Below, piece after piece: positions 50,137-63,880 of a stretch of DNA of 64,000 bases. Made by a program: the position numbers and the translations under genes. The stretch is from NCBI GenBank assembly GCA_965113315.1, contig OZ220368.1. One strand, given 5' to 3'. How positions within the stretch are numbered: the first letter of the stretch is position 1; the number at the start of each line of letters is the position of its first letter. The notes beneath the pieces were generated by a model. It did no database searches, had not been told where the DNA came from, and saw only the letters and a program-made list of their open reading frames with translations. Origin of the DNA: Podarcis vaucheri. Its lineage: Eukaryota.

Positions 50137-53100
50137 ATTATAGTATCATCAGCATGGAGACTCTGTGAGCTGCTAGACTAGTAAAGAAGGATGGTAACTT
50201 GTGCAGCAGAAGAAAGAGCCATTTACTGTAGCAAAAAGCTCCCTCTAGTGGAAATCCTCTGTGACCACTATAGCAGAGCAATCCAAGTTCTAAAAGTAAT
50301 AAGAATAAAAAAGCTTTTGCTCACCGCAGAAACTGAAAATAGTTTAAAATTTGAACACACACTCAGAGAAGCTAACATTTTCTGCTTATTTTCTTTAGCA
50401 CACTAAACTGCTTATTACAGGATTTACATTATCATACCTATTGGCGCTCATCAAAACTTAAAGTATTTCTTAACTTTCCCCTCTTTCATCCCACGAAGAA
50501 CTAAATATCACAAACATCTATTCTTGGGAGGAGGGGAAAAGGAGAAATTCCATCTTTTCCCTGTGTCCTGATCTGACTTTTGGACTGTCAGTACTGTACT
50601 TTATAATAGCACTGCTCTAGCATTTTAAATACGAATAGTTTGGCGTGTGTGTGTGTGTGTGTGTGTGTGTTTGTTTGAGGGCTTTTGTCGTTTTATTTTT
50701 TCTTTGGTAAACAGGCAACCAGTCCTGCAATCTTTGGCAAATGCCTGTTGGCAAAAAGAGATAGAGAGTGAGAGAGCAGAGCAGACCCTCTGACTCCATC
50801 GCCTTCCCCATTTATGGCAATGGAAGGGCGCCTGCTGCTTGCACAGGAGCTGCATGAGTGCATCAGATCACACACAGGGCTCTGAATCAGGAGGCATGCG
50901 TTTCTTCTTTTGAGTCACAAATTACATCCTAGAGTTGCATTGTGTAAAGAAGTCTTGAAGGCCATTTGGTCCAGCTTCCTATGCCGAGGGAGTGTTGTTG
51001 GGAAACAGAAGATCCTAACCATGGGTGAATTCTGAAATGCAGGAGCTCATCATGACAGCCTCCATAGCCCACACCCGCAAGGCAAATCCAAAAATGCAGG
51101 CAGCTGCATTGATCTATGACAGTCACAGAACAGCGACCTGGCAAAGTGCAATGTAGTGGTTAGCATGCTGGAATTTGGCTGGGAAGACCTTGGTTCACAT
51201 CCCTGATTAGCCATGTGCCTGCAATCCCATGCTCCATTGAACTTGGTGATGCTTCCTTCAGATTGCGGTTCAACTTGTAAAACGTATTGAGCGCTATCCA
51301 AAGATATCCAGCCAGCTGAAATGCAACCCTTCGTTTGTAATTAGAAATGCAAACAATCTTGCAAAGGAGTGTGACTATTCAAACTGCTAGCATGAAATAT
51401 TAACCCCATGAAACAAATGAAGCATCGTGCCTCTGCTTTATTATTTTCCTCGTTTTCCATCCATGCTAATTTGTCACAAACAATAGTAAAAGTCGAAAGC
51501 CTCATTATTGCTACATTCACTTGCCAGAGCAAGGAAAGTCCATCAATTACTCTGGTGGTTTGGCAGATGAAGTGATGGCTTCTGCTCTGAAATAAGTCCC
51601 AAAGTGACACTCCACTTGCCCTTTGTTCCTATTTCGCTACTCCACTGATCCTAACTCAGGCCAACCAAAACTGAACCTAACTCAGATCCACTGAACCAAG
51701 TGCAGCCCACTAGCTATGTAATGTTCTCTGCCAGGTGTTTGACAGCACCTCAATTGCTCCAAGTTCCCAGCAGGAGTGGCTAGCTGATCAAGGAATGAAA
51801 TAAATGGATTTCTTAACTTCGCTCTATTTCAATTGGTCTACTGTACGATTAATACAAGGGCTAAATACAGAATTCAGGTTTCTAGGTGCCATCATCATCA
51901 AATGTCTAGATATTCAGGCAGTCTGACACATGGGATTATTACGTTCCAGAGTTATATCCTGAGCATGACAACAAAATCTGTTCATCCATATTTCCCAAAA
52001 TAACTTTTTCATAGCAATGTGACACAAATCCACAAATTGCCCGTGATTAATTGGGCCTTGTTTTGACGCCTCAGTGGGAAGGACCTCCTCGAGTTAACAT
52101 AAAATTCTGAATCTTAATGAAAGGTTAGCTACTGAAATCAATGTGGAGATGGGACAGCCATTCCTTCTGTGTCACAGGAGCTGCAAATGCGGGAAGCGAA
52201 TGCTTCTGCTGCTGCAGATATCACCACACCCTATACCCAGATATGCCTTCTTGTCACTGTAGTGCATTCATCTCCCTCTCCATACCCACCCCCTCTGACT
52301 CTACTGTCCCCTCGTGTTACACAGGATTCCTTGAGAATGAATACGAGGCGGCAGGCACCATTCCTGGCATTGTAGCACAAGTGCATTTGTATCTAACAGC
52401 ATCAGTATACCAGAGCAAAGCATGCACAAATATCGGCAGTTCCCTTGGCACGCCTCTCCAACAATCTGATATAGCAGGGGTTCTATCAAGGCAGGGTGAG
52501 GAGCCTCACACCCAGGGGCTGAATGTGACCAGGTCTTTTTTTATCTGGCCCTCAGAATTTGCTCTGGGCTACACCTCTTCCTCGGCCACACAGCCTCTTC
52601 CAGGAAGGGTTAGAGGAGGGTTTTGATTCAGTTTGCATTTAAAGCCAAGCCTATCTAATTCACACTCTCTGAAACAACAAGAGAATTGAAACGCAGATGC
52701 CCTTCACATCCACACTTCCCTGAATTTTGTAGTGCAGCTCTCCAGCCAAGTATACCAGGGTTAGGTATCTGTCAAAGACACATATATTACTGAAAACAGC
52801 ATATTGACATGTTTGTATTGGGATTAACCTCCACTAAAAGGCTGGTGAGTTTTCAAGAGGGCTTTTAGCTGATGTGGGAAGGTAGAAAAAGGGACTTAAG
52901 ATTGGGAAAATGAGAAATGGAAATTGAGAGGTTCACTCATCCCTATGCCCCAGCCCCCTGCTTCACTAGCTATGTAAAACTCCTCTGGAGTATTTGTGCC
53001 TGGTTGTGACCCTGAACTCTGATAATGCCTTGTGCTTGCCTGGATGGAGGAGAGAAAACAGAAAGGAACATGTGAGTGTAGGTAAAACTAGTCTATTGTA

Positions 53101-56100
53101 AAAGGAAAAAATTGCATTCATTGCCCCACCCACCACTTGCAAGTGTCATCTGGAAAGTTGCCTAGAAGGTAAGTGTGGCCTTTTGGTCTTCTTTGCTGCC
53201 CTCAATGTCATGCAATAGGCATAATTTGGTTCTCTCACTCATGATTGGTTAGCTTCACCACACATCTGTTGCCACTTGTGCTTTAGCCATCATTTGGCTT
53301 CTTTCTTCACTCTTAGACCTCTACTATACCAGGGCTGCTTTTGTGGCTGAATGTTTGTGGCTGTTCTACTTTGTATTCTAAGGAGGAGTTTTGGTTCATT
53401 TGTTTTTCACTATATTCTTGTTATACACCACTTTGAACATCTTCAAGCAGAAAGACATTAAGAAACCCCACACGGCTATGGGGTAATGTTTCAAAATGAC
53501 TGTAGAACATTCATAGAAGTTCAGTGCACACTGCTGTGAAAAGCGTCACTTTCCTCATTGCACAGGTTGAAAAACCAGTGCACTTAAGGATACAGAGTGA
53601 GTCACTGAAGGAGGACTCTGGAAGGCTAATATCCCCTGTGTTTTGTTATGATTCAGATAAACAAGTACTATGAATTCTCATGAGTCTGGAACTGCTCCGG
53701 AAAGAATCAGGTTCTCTCAATTCATGCAGAAGAACCCTGTAGTGGACCTTTATGCATGTCACATTATACACCTGGGTGTTCAAGGTCTGGATAATGCATT
53801 GAACATGAACAGCAATTGTTTAAGCCATTCAGTATTGTGCATTTGGCTAAACCTGCTTTCATAGAAACCTGCATGTCCTCTGAAACAGCCAGAAGTGACC
53901 TTTGCTGATATCAGGAAGGTGGGCATGAGGAGGATTATTGGATAACCCATATAATGAAGGGTTTCATGTGTTTCAGAATACCCAGAACCTCAATAAAATC
54001 CACATGCGGCCCTTGAAGGAATCAGAAAACCCCTAGAGAGATGCTTTTAATTCATAGCTGCATACTTCATACACCCATAGGGCCTCATTGGGCCATAGAA
54101 TAGACACATGCACACAGAACTCTTTAATTCATAGTTTATTTATTTGCTTCTTCCATTTAAACCCCACCTGTCCATGAACTTTGGTGTTGTTGTTGTTTTT
54201 AAAAAAGTATTTATTATTTTCTTATATTCCAAAGAACCAGAAACAGTATTAGAACAAATGTCCTAGGCCAGATGGGGAGGTGTTTTGGTCTTGTGCAACA
54301 AATCTAGTCCTTGCAGTCTTTCCCATTGCCCCTGTACACAATTCTCTTGCCATGACCAACAGCTGCTGTGAACCACAGAGGATTCAAAAAATGGAATAGC
54401 ACTGGGGACCATCCAATGAATGTTGCCAAAGGCTCTGTTTTCTGAAGCCAAACTCTATTGATGAAGTGTCACTGGCTTGGCGGTGACCTTTTTTTCAAAC
54501 ACAGCTGGGTGAACAAACCTCATACAGAGAGCTGGACGCAGATGAACTGCAAAGGACTTCATCAATATCTATTACAATATTAGCAACGGTTTGGAAATGC
54601 TTGGATTATATCTTTAAATCATCATCATTTCCCCAAAGGAGTCCTATAGCCCAGAGTTGGAACTTTTGTAAACACTCTGTAATTTAATATTTGAGTTGAT
54701 TTCTGATCTCAGTTTCCATTTATTAACCCTATATTTATTAAATGAAAGGTCTCACTTCTTAGTCCTGTTCCTTTTTGGTTATGAATCTCTCCGTACTGGT
54801 ACTTGAAAAAATTTGCACTTAGAATCTCCATTTCACATCTTTGCTCTTTGCCATGTCATGTCATGAAGATTGTTCATAAGGATTGTTACCAAGGAGCTCA
54901 GCTGGAATTCTGCTCATGCCCTGGAACTGTGTGATTCCTTTTGTTTTGCTCAGCAGATAACTGTACAAAGAATGTGGACTTTTTGCCAGTGCATAGAGGA
55001 AACCAGTCTTGACACAGATTTATGGAGAAAAATTACTGGTACTCAAGTGATTGAAGAGTGCATGAACTCTAGGTGTATGCTAATGACCTAATTACAGTAT
55101 ATACCTGTAGTATTTGCCAACTGCTAGCACAAGTCTCTATTTAGTCTTCATTAGCCCTAGTAAGAACGAAATTTTCCTCCTGATTGGCACTGTCCTTCTG
55201 GTAACTTAAATAACATTCATTTGCATCTAAGAGTAATCCACTTGGGACACCTCTGTCAATCAAGTCAAAATATGGTATAGACTTAATACAACTTTTTTCT
55301 TAATGGCTTTTGCCCTTTACTATTTCCCCCTAGCACTACCCCATCAGTTTGCAGTGGGAAATGTGTAATGTTATACTTACAGTGAATCAGTAAATTTACC
55401 CATCATCTTGTGACTACTTTTGCTATGTTTCTAATTATGTTCCCCCACCACCACCATGTTGTAAGCCGTCTTGAGCATGGTTTTAACTGTGGAAAGGTCA
55501 CATGCAAATATAATTATGTATGTATGTAAGGATATGTACAGACCTGGTGACAGGGTTTTTTTCCAGAGAGAAAATGGTTTTGTTTCTTACCATGACATGG
55601 AAAGCCCAAAGAAGCCCTCTGGTGCCACGTGCTTTACTCTGCGTAGGTGGGCCAGAAGGTAGATAATGAATACGAGATGCCTGGAAACCTTAGGGCAGTT
55701 CAATGCTCACAGCTACATCATTTAATATTATTCTGTGCCACTGTTCCTCATCTGTTCAATCAGAATAATAGTTCTTCTAGAGGCTGAATCACCAATCTCT
55801 TCCAAATGAGTCATCTGAATAATTTGTCCTGCACACAAGCCTCGACTTTGCATGTCACAGAAAACCTCTTATGGGCTGAACTATGTTATGCCAAATCTTG
55901 ATTTGCACCTATGTTGAAGAATTAAGAAGTGTTCACTGCAGACACACAATGCAGTTGGTGCACAGAGAAAACAGCATTTGATCTCACAAAACATAGCTCT
56001 GTGTAAACTGGCCCTAACTCAAGGAGTTGTGTAGTATGCAGGTAATGCAATGTTTAGGGTCCTGTAAAAGTAGTGGAGTATATGATTCAGTTAATTCAAA

Positions 56101-56910
56101 ATGTGTTGCAATTGCCTGCAGCGTTGCAAATATAATTGGAAGCACAGGAATATGGACCTCTTTTCATCATTGCCCATCTGCTCCCACATGCAACAGGCAG
56201 CCACTGCATTAAACATGGAGGTGGGGGGAAGCTTTCAGCCTTTCAGCCGGACTGGGAGGCAAATGCACTGCTTTCAAGAGAACAAATGTGGTGTGTATTC
56301 AGACTGCTAACAGCAGCAAATGACTAATGCATGTCATTTCTGAGATGCTATCTCTGCATGGACAAGCACACTCTGATCCAGGTTTAAATTGGGTGTGATT
56401 TTAGCTGAGACGGCGCTAATTTATTTTCTCTGCTACTTCAGCGATTCTTGTGCTTTTACCAGGGTGAAATCATCCAGAACCTATTCTCTAAGAACAGAGG
56501 GTTAAAAGATTATCCTGCTACAACAGCAGCTAAAAATAAATAAATAAAAATCAAGGCCTTGGGCAGCATCGTACATATATCTGAGTTTGCCAATGTTCAG
56601 ATCATTGTGTTTGCCCCCAGAAAGGTGTGGCTGCTAAAGAAATATTCTTTGAATCCTGATGGGATGTTGTGGTTGAATAGGGGTCCAGAGGCTTCCTGAA
56701 TGACCATGAATAGGCACTAAATGACCATGGTCCTGGGAATGCTTTCCATGTTACAAAATTTTGGCACGAAAGACAACTCTGTGTAGGAGTTAATGTGCAA
56801 CTCATGCATGAATTATCACATGATCAAACATACTGTACTAGCTGACCCAGTTCCTGAAGTCAGCAGGGTAGAGACAGCTACATGCAGTGACATGGTATAT
56901 GGTTTTCTCT

Positions 56911-57301
56911 GTAAAGGTAAAAAGGTAAAGGTAAAGGATCCCTGGACGGTTAAGCCCAGTCAAAGGTGACTATGGGGTTGTGGCGCTCATCTCGCTTTCA
57001 GGCCGAGGGAGTCAGCATTTGTCCACAGGCAGCTTTCCGGGTTATATGGCCAACATGACTAAACTGCTTCTGGTGCAATGGAACACCATGACAGAAACCA
57101 CAGTGCACAGGAATGCCGTTTAGCTTCCTGCTGCGGTACCTATTTATCTACTTGCACTGACACGCTTTTGAACTGCTAGGTTGACAGGAGCTGGGACAGA
57201 GCAATGGGAGCTCACTCTGTCGCGGGGATTCGAATCACTGACCTTCTGATCAGCAAGCCCAAGAGGCTCAGTGGTTTAGACCACAGTTCCACCCATGTCC
57301 C
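56911..57301 (-). mobile_element. Sauria SINE
   Basis: (ACCTTT)n tail and body homologous to the other copies. Partial TSD TTCTCTGT. Confidence 0.88.
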
Positions 57302-57640
57302 ATGTCTTCTCTGTTGTGACACCTTGACAATGGAATTTTCTCTCTCTCTGGAGGGCACAGACAGACGCTACATTTCTGGACTTCTGGTGCCAGTTTAAGA
57401 CACATGATTACCCAGGGCTTTGGTGGAATTTAATTGAAATGTCCAAATCCTGGCTTTATTATGAACTGCTGCTGCTTTATTGTCTTGCTGTTGTAAGGGT
57501 TTTTAGAAATGTTGGTTGTTTCATTGTAGGTTTAATAATCTTAGTTATGTTTACAGATAGGTAGCCGTGTTGGTCTGCCATAGTCAAAATAAAAAAATTC
57601 CTTCCAGTAGCACCTTAAAGACCAACTAAGTTAGTTCTTG

Positions 57641-57678
57641 GTATGAGCTTTCGTGTGCATGCACACTTCTTCAGATAC
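57641..57678 (-). ncRNA. Minimal hammerhead ribozyme motif in the inverted pLTR
   Basis: GTAT-CTGAAGA-A-GTGTGCATGCACAC-GAAA-GCTC-ATAC. Confidence 0.75.
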
Positions 57679-57785
57679 ACTGAAACAGAAGTTGCCAGAT
57701 CCTTCTATATAGTGAGAAGGTGGGGAGGGGTATTACTCAGAAGGGTGGTGGGAATGGGAGGCTATCTGCCAATCTCCCATTCCCA

Positions 57786-58811
57786 CCACCAGAAATTCAA
57801 TGATTTTCACCCCACAATCAACCTTACAATGAATCAATCTATGCAAGAAATACATTTTTGGACACTACTATAAAAATACAGGATGGGCGCATAGACACCA
57901 CCTTATACCGTAAACCAACTGACCGACAAACATATCTACATGCCTCTAGCTACCATCCCAAACATACCAAACAGTCCATTGTATATAGCCAGGCACTACG
58001 TTACAGCCGCATCTGTTCCAATTCTACAGACAGAGACTCTCACCTAAGAGATCTACAGCAAACCTTTTCAGAACTAAAATACCCAGCGGATGAAGTTAGA
58101 CAACAGATCAACAGAGCCAGACTGATACCCAGAGAGAACTTGCTGCAAGACAGACCCAAAAAAGAAAATAACAGAACACCTCTAGTCATCACATACAGCT
58201 CCCAAGTTAAAACAGTACAACGCATCATCAGAGATCTACAACCTCTCCTGGACAATGACAGTTCTCTTTCTCAAGCTCTGGGAGGAAGACCTTTCATTGC
58301 CTACAGACAGCCACCCAATCTTAAACAACTCCTAACCCACAATACTACAACAACCAGACTTAACACGGACACTGGCACCAGAGCCTGCAATAAACCCAGA
58401 TGCCAACTTTGCTGCCACATACACCCGGACAACACCATTACTGGCCCCAACAACATCACACATACCATCTCGGGACTATTTAATTGCTCATCGTCTAACA
58501 TTGTGTATGCCATCAAATGCCAACAGTGTCCTTCGGCTCTCTATATTGGACAAACAGGCCAAACCTTACGCCAAAGAATAAACGGACATAAATCTGACAT
58601 CAAGAATCACAAAACAGAGAAACCAGTAGGAGAACACTTCAATCTCCCAGGACATTCTATACAGGATCTCAAAGTAGCTGTTTTACTACAAAGGCATTTC
58701 AGAAATAGACTAGAAAGAGAAGCTGCTGAATTGCAACTCATTACCAAACTTAAAACCATGGAGAGACCTGGTCTGAACAGAGACATTGGATTCTTATCTC
58801 ATTATACATGA
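57786..58811 (+). pseudogene. PLE ORF fragment: RT C-terminus/thumb, Cys-rich linker, GIY-YIG endonuclease
   Basis: KFNDFHPTINLT..IHF/LDT..LYRKPTD..SYHP; CNKPRCQLC; IVYAIKCQQC..LYIGQT..R..GH..E..GLN. One frameshift in the T-run near 57856-57859, then 317 open codons. Confidence 0.9.
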
Positions 58812-58991
58812 CTAAGCCATTTCTCACCTTCTCACCCCTTGCCTTTTCCTGTAAGACCTATTACAGTCGTTAAGCGTCGTCAACAGGCTCATCTCAGCTA
58901 TCTGCCAATCTCCCATTCCCACCACCCTTCTGAGTAATACCCCTCCCCACCTTCTCACTATATAGAAGGATCTGGCAACTTCTGTTTCAGT

Positions 58992-59028
58992 GTATCTGAA
59001 GAATGTGCATGCACATGAAAGCTCATAC
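58992..59028 (+). ncRNA. Minimal hammerhead ribozyme motif in the 3' pLTR
   Basis: GTAT-CTGAAGA-ATGTGCATGCACAT-GAAA-GCTC-ATAC. Confidence 0.75.
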
Positions 59029-59868
59029 CAAGAACTAACTTAGTTGGTCTTTAAGGTGCTACTGGAAGGAATTTTTTTATTTTGACTATGGCAGACCAAC
59101 ACGGCTACCTATCTGTAACTAAAATCCTAGGCTAGCTTTCCATCCATTCAAGATACATAGGCTTTCAGCCCAGTTTTTCGGTAGAATAAGACATCATCAT
59201 CATCATCAATCTTTTTCAACTACTTTTGCCCAAACAACTATTAAGTTTTGTGAGTTCACAAGGTTCAAGTCAAGCAGAAGCTTGTGGTTCTCTACCTTTT
59301 TCGAAAGATTCCAAAAATATGTGCTAAAAGGGCAACCCTAGTGACTCACAACCCTTGCTGTCTGCTCCATCTTATGTCTATTTTAATGCACAGAAACATG
59401 TGCGCTTCCCCTGTCTGATGCTGCAGATTCATCAGCAGGATTCAAAAATAGACTGACATCTTTCCATCAGAACCAGCCTGGCACACCCTGGGATTGGACC
59501 ACAAATGCCATTTAGCTCCTTCCTTGAAAGTTGGAAAACCATTCAAATAGTGCATAAACCCCTATCCACCTGAGATTAGGTGTGGGGTGTGTGTGTGTAT
59601 TTATTTATTTATTCAGAGAATGCATCAGCCCTGCTTTTCTTTATCCAGCCTCTTGCAGGCATTTTCCTGGGAATTCTGGCTGTCCCAAATGCAAGCTCAA
59701 GGCAGGACGAGAAAAACAAAGCCAGAAGCTTTTAAACCATCCCAAAGACAACCTCATTGCTATTCGCATGCAGAAATCTTTTTATGGTTTTCTTTTTTAT
59801 TGATTTAATGAAATAATAAGAAGAAGCAGGTTGGAGGGAGAGTATAATAAAACAAAACGGCTGCAAAA

Positions 59869-59919
<51 letters not shown>

Positions 59920-60890
59920 CCGTTTCCAGCTCAAACAAGGCCTAATCTCCCCTCCTTCTCCCCTGTGAAGAATAAACCGAATCACCTACCAGCAGCACTG
60001 AGTAAATGATTGCAGGCTTGTCACTTTGGTAGGACAGAGTCATAAGTCACACACGCCCTGCACACTCCTGAATTATGGTCACCTTCATGCCCCAGGCGGA
60101 GCTGCCATACTTTACCCCTGGCATCCAGGGCTCCCTATGTGGCTGGTTTTAAGCAAAGGTCGATAAGCCTGCCTCCCTTGGCAGTGACACTGAGAAAAAT
60201 GGGTTGTGTAAAATACTGTCAGGGCTGGGCTGCCCAGGCTCAAGAGACTCTCTTCAATCAATCTCAGTAAACAGATACTTTTAAAGGCCTGCTGTGCCCA
60301 CATCCTCCTCTTCCCCCTTTGTTTTTTCTCTTTGGAGGCCGCCCCTTTCTTCCTTGCTTCCTGGATCCTTCACACTTACTTCTACCCAGCATCAGTTCCA
60401 CTAGGGCTTCACCTTAATAGTCCAATAAACTGCTCCACAGAGCTGGAACTTTAGATTTAACAAGGGCTTTGGGAATGGCCATATGAACGCGCTACTGGCC
60501 CTGCTACACAGAGGGCCTCTGTCATCTTGCATTGCCTGCAAGCGTAGCTGGGTAGGAACTTACACAGTGCAATGAAGAATCAGACAGAAGCAGTTTGAGA
60601 GCCAGTAAGGAATGCTCTCCAGCTTTGGAATACACAAATTAGAGCTCTTGTGGGACTATCCTAGTTTGTTACAGGTTCACATGCTGCATTTGCTTTTCTG
60701 TACTACTCAAGAGACTAGTAATTCAAGAACAGGGCCCATGGTAATATAACCATATCTCTTTCTTTAAATTTGCCACCAGCTAAGCCTTCTCGGCCATTAG
60801 GCAGAGTAGGGCAACTGCCCCAAGGAGTAGATGTTGGGGACCTTGGCAAGAGGCTACTTACTAGCTGTTCCTCCTGGGCCCCACAGCAAT

Positions 60891-61198
60891 TAAGAACATA
60901 AAGAGCCTGTTGGATCAAAGCAATGGCCCATCTAGGCCAGCATCCTGTTATCACAGCAGCCAACCAGATTCCTGTAGGAAACCCAGAAGCAGGATTTGAG
61001 CACAAGAGACCTGTCGTCTCCTGTGGTTTCCAGCAACCAGAATTCAGGAGCACTGCTGCCTCCAACTGTGGAGGCAGATAGTGGCGATCCTGACTAGTAG
61101 CCATAATTAAACTTCATGAATTTGTCTAATCCTCTTCTAAAGTCATCTATGTTGGTGGCTATCACTGCCTCCCACGGGAGCAAGTCCCATAGCTTAAG
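60891..61198 (-). mobile_element. CR1 3' fragment
   Basis: LKLWDLLPWEAVIATNIDDFRRGLDKFM plus 3' UTR. Confidence 0.75.
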
Positions 61199-61203
61199 AA
61201 GTG

Positions 61204-61680
61204 CCGTATTTTTCGCTCCATAAGACGCACCCGACCATAAGACGCACCTAGTTTTTAGAGGAGGAAAACAAGAAAAAAACATTCTGAACGAAACAATGGA
61301 TGTATGATTTTTGTGGTTCATGCTGTTGCCACAGACATGATATGTGATTTGACGGTGAGTTTCTCTCCTCATTGCTTGCTTTAGTATTCCTGTCGCCTCT
61401 CCTTGCAAGTTCACTGTCATTACCTCCCCCCTCCCAGGCAGCCTCCTTTATCGCTAGAGTCCTTTATCTCCCTCCCGATTGCTTGCCGATCAGCTGTTCA
61501 GGGGCTTTGTTTCAACACCCCCTTCCCTCTTTCTAAAAGAAAAAAAGAACAAAGCATGATCTGCCTTTTGCCCCTGGGCAATTTGGCTCCAGGGACCACA
61601 CATTCGCTCCATAAGACACACAGACATTTCCCCTTACTTTTTAGGAGGAAAAAGTGTGTCTTATGGAGCAAAAAATATGG
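61204..61680. mobile_element. Tc1/mariner (Tc2/pogo-like) MITE
   Basis: TIR CCGTATTTTTCGCTCCATAAGACGCAC / GTGTGTCTTATGGAGCAAAAAATATGG|TA, with internal CCATAAGAC repeats. Confidence 0.8.
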
Positions 61681-62759
61681 TACTTTCTTCATTGGATGCC
61701 CATGAGTTCTGCTGCCCCCAGGTCCGTCCTGGGGCCCCTAATCCCCCCCAGCTTACTTTGCAACTTTAAACTCCCACCGCCCAGTGTTAGGCAACCACAG
61801 GCACTTTCACAATTTCTCCATCCAGAATGCCTTGCTCTGAGGGAAGGACACCCCTGCCAGTCCTTCCTAGAGGGAGGCAGGGAGGGTGGAAGTGGCAAGC
61901 CTCTCTAGGCATGTGGGCCATCCAGCAGAGGCAAGTAGTAGGCCAGGGGCGAGACACCAATTTACTGCCTCTTGCACCTGCCGACTGAAGCTGTTGACTT
62001 CTTTTGCCTAATTGTCATGAATACACACTCGTTGTTTTTCCAAGATTCCTTGACACTAATGGAATGGAATGGCCCCTGAATGACACATTACAGAGAAGAG
62101 AACTCGGTAGTGGGATCCTCTTTTCATCAAGCGGCTCATGGTCCTCATAGCATATAAATGCGTCCAGAGAGGTCTTCTGGTTTCCTAAAGGACAGTCCGG
62201 GCTGCCTTATGCCTCTCCCCAACTGCACATGCTTGCTAAAGTTCATGATCACCTAACACAGAAGTCTAACTCTTCTTGATGATTGCTGATAAACAATTCA
62301 TATTGCTCTGCTGCTTCATGGCACTTTGGGGAACGGTGGGCCTCTGAAGCTGCCATCAGAGCTTACAGCGTTGAGACAGTGCTGCCATATATCTTTCTAT
62401 CCTGATCTGCAGAGAGAAACAAGCTGATTGAGACATTCTGCACTGCTCTGTGTTCAATTGCCACATGGGATGGGATGTGTGTGAGAGAGTAGCATCCTCT
62501 GCCACCACAGTTCAAGGATATGGGTGCCACTTCCTGGTGGCAAGTTGTGAAGCAGCTGGAAAACAGGCTTCTGCATTCCAGCGAAACCACCACCATTAGG
62601 ATTTCCAATGGGGCGTTTGCCGCTGATATGCAAACTTACAGCAGAATAAAGGAATTCACAGGGGAAACAAAATAGTATGGGGCGGGGGGCGGGGAGAGGA
62701 GATGCTTGATTTCATGTGCCTCGAGACCATATCCTAGGACAAGTTGGTTATTCACTTTA

Positions 62760-63560
62760 CCTTGGCCGTGATGATTAATGAGCAGCAAAGCAGCGCTGGG
62801 TAGGGAACTACTTCTTATGACATTATCTGATGCCAGAGCTCAGTCGCCGTTGTAAACAGGCAGACTAGGAAGCAGGGAATTGGCAGTGGTGGGAGTGGTG
62901 GGGCAGAGAGAGAGAGAATGTTCCCATACAGCTACTTTATTTTGTTACTTTGAGGCTGTTTTACAGCAACCATAAAAGCTTGTCGTAAATCAGGGCCTTA
63001 GCTATAAAATACAGGGACAGCCACAGTTAGATGAATCTGAAAGGGGCTAGCCCCCCCCTTCTGTCACCGGTAGCCCGGAGGATGGTGAGAAGCTCCCCAC
63101 CTTCTCTGTTTCTTTACAGCCACCTGATGAGAGGAGAAGTAATAGGGGGTGAAGAGGAGCTGAAGGAGCCACTGGTGATATGAAAATATCGCTCCAGGCA
63201 CAAGCTCGGTGCAACAACTGGGCTTGTTTGTGGGTGTGTGGGTGTGGGTGTTTTAAAGGAGACTTTTTGCATTGCAGAAATTTTACATCCCTCCCCTTCC
63301 CCTCATCAATTTTATGGGCAGGCAATTGGCGCAGGGGGGGAAATAAACTCTTTATAAGAGCACAATGTTAGTGTTTTGTTTGTTTTTTTAATGTGATTAC
63401 ACTGCCTGATATATTCATAGCTCAAGTGCCTTCCTTTAAAGAGTCAATTTTTTATGATTTTATTGTCAGATCCAAATTCAATTAAAGGGCTGCTGTGGAA
63501 ATCAAGTCCACTCACTTTTGGAGGAGGGGAGGACACGGTCATTTTTATTGGGCTGAGCTC
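62760..63560. promoter_or_regulatory. Candidate enhancer with HOX/PBX/CDX motifs
   Basis: TGATTAAT at 62772, CCATAAAA at 62970, GTCGTAAATCA at 62982-62992, TTTTATGG at 63310, TTTTATTGG near 63543. Confidence 0.35.
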
Positions 63561-63880
63561 ATTTCGGCGACACACAAGTACTGTGCCATCCAAATTCCCA
63601 GAAATCAATGGGTTGTAAGCCTGCATTATCTTCCTACTGGATTGCAGCCTTAGGGCAAAACCAGGCTGGACTTTTTGTGTGTGTACAATATGCTGCTGAT
63701 AGTAAAATAAGGAAGAGGCACAATACTTACTGCTTCTTGTGATATGTCCCTGTCCCTGCTTTTCTTCTTCTTCTTATAAAGCACAAATCTTGTTACTCAT
63801 TAAGTGGTACAGCCTTTGGGTTAAATAAGATCATAGGCAAGCTGTCTTCTACTGTGTCCATCTAGCTCAGTATTGTTTAG

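Larger units (their letters stand above)
57551..59118 (+). mobile_element. 5'-truncated Penelope-like element (Neptune type) with an inverted pLTR at its 5' end
   Basis: 57551-57760 is the near-perfect reverse complement of 58910-59118 and encloses RT C-terminal plus GIY-YIG coding sequence. Confidence 0.92.
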
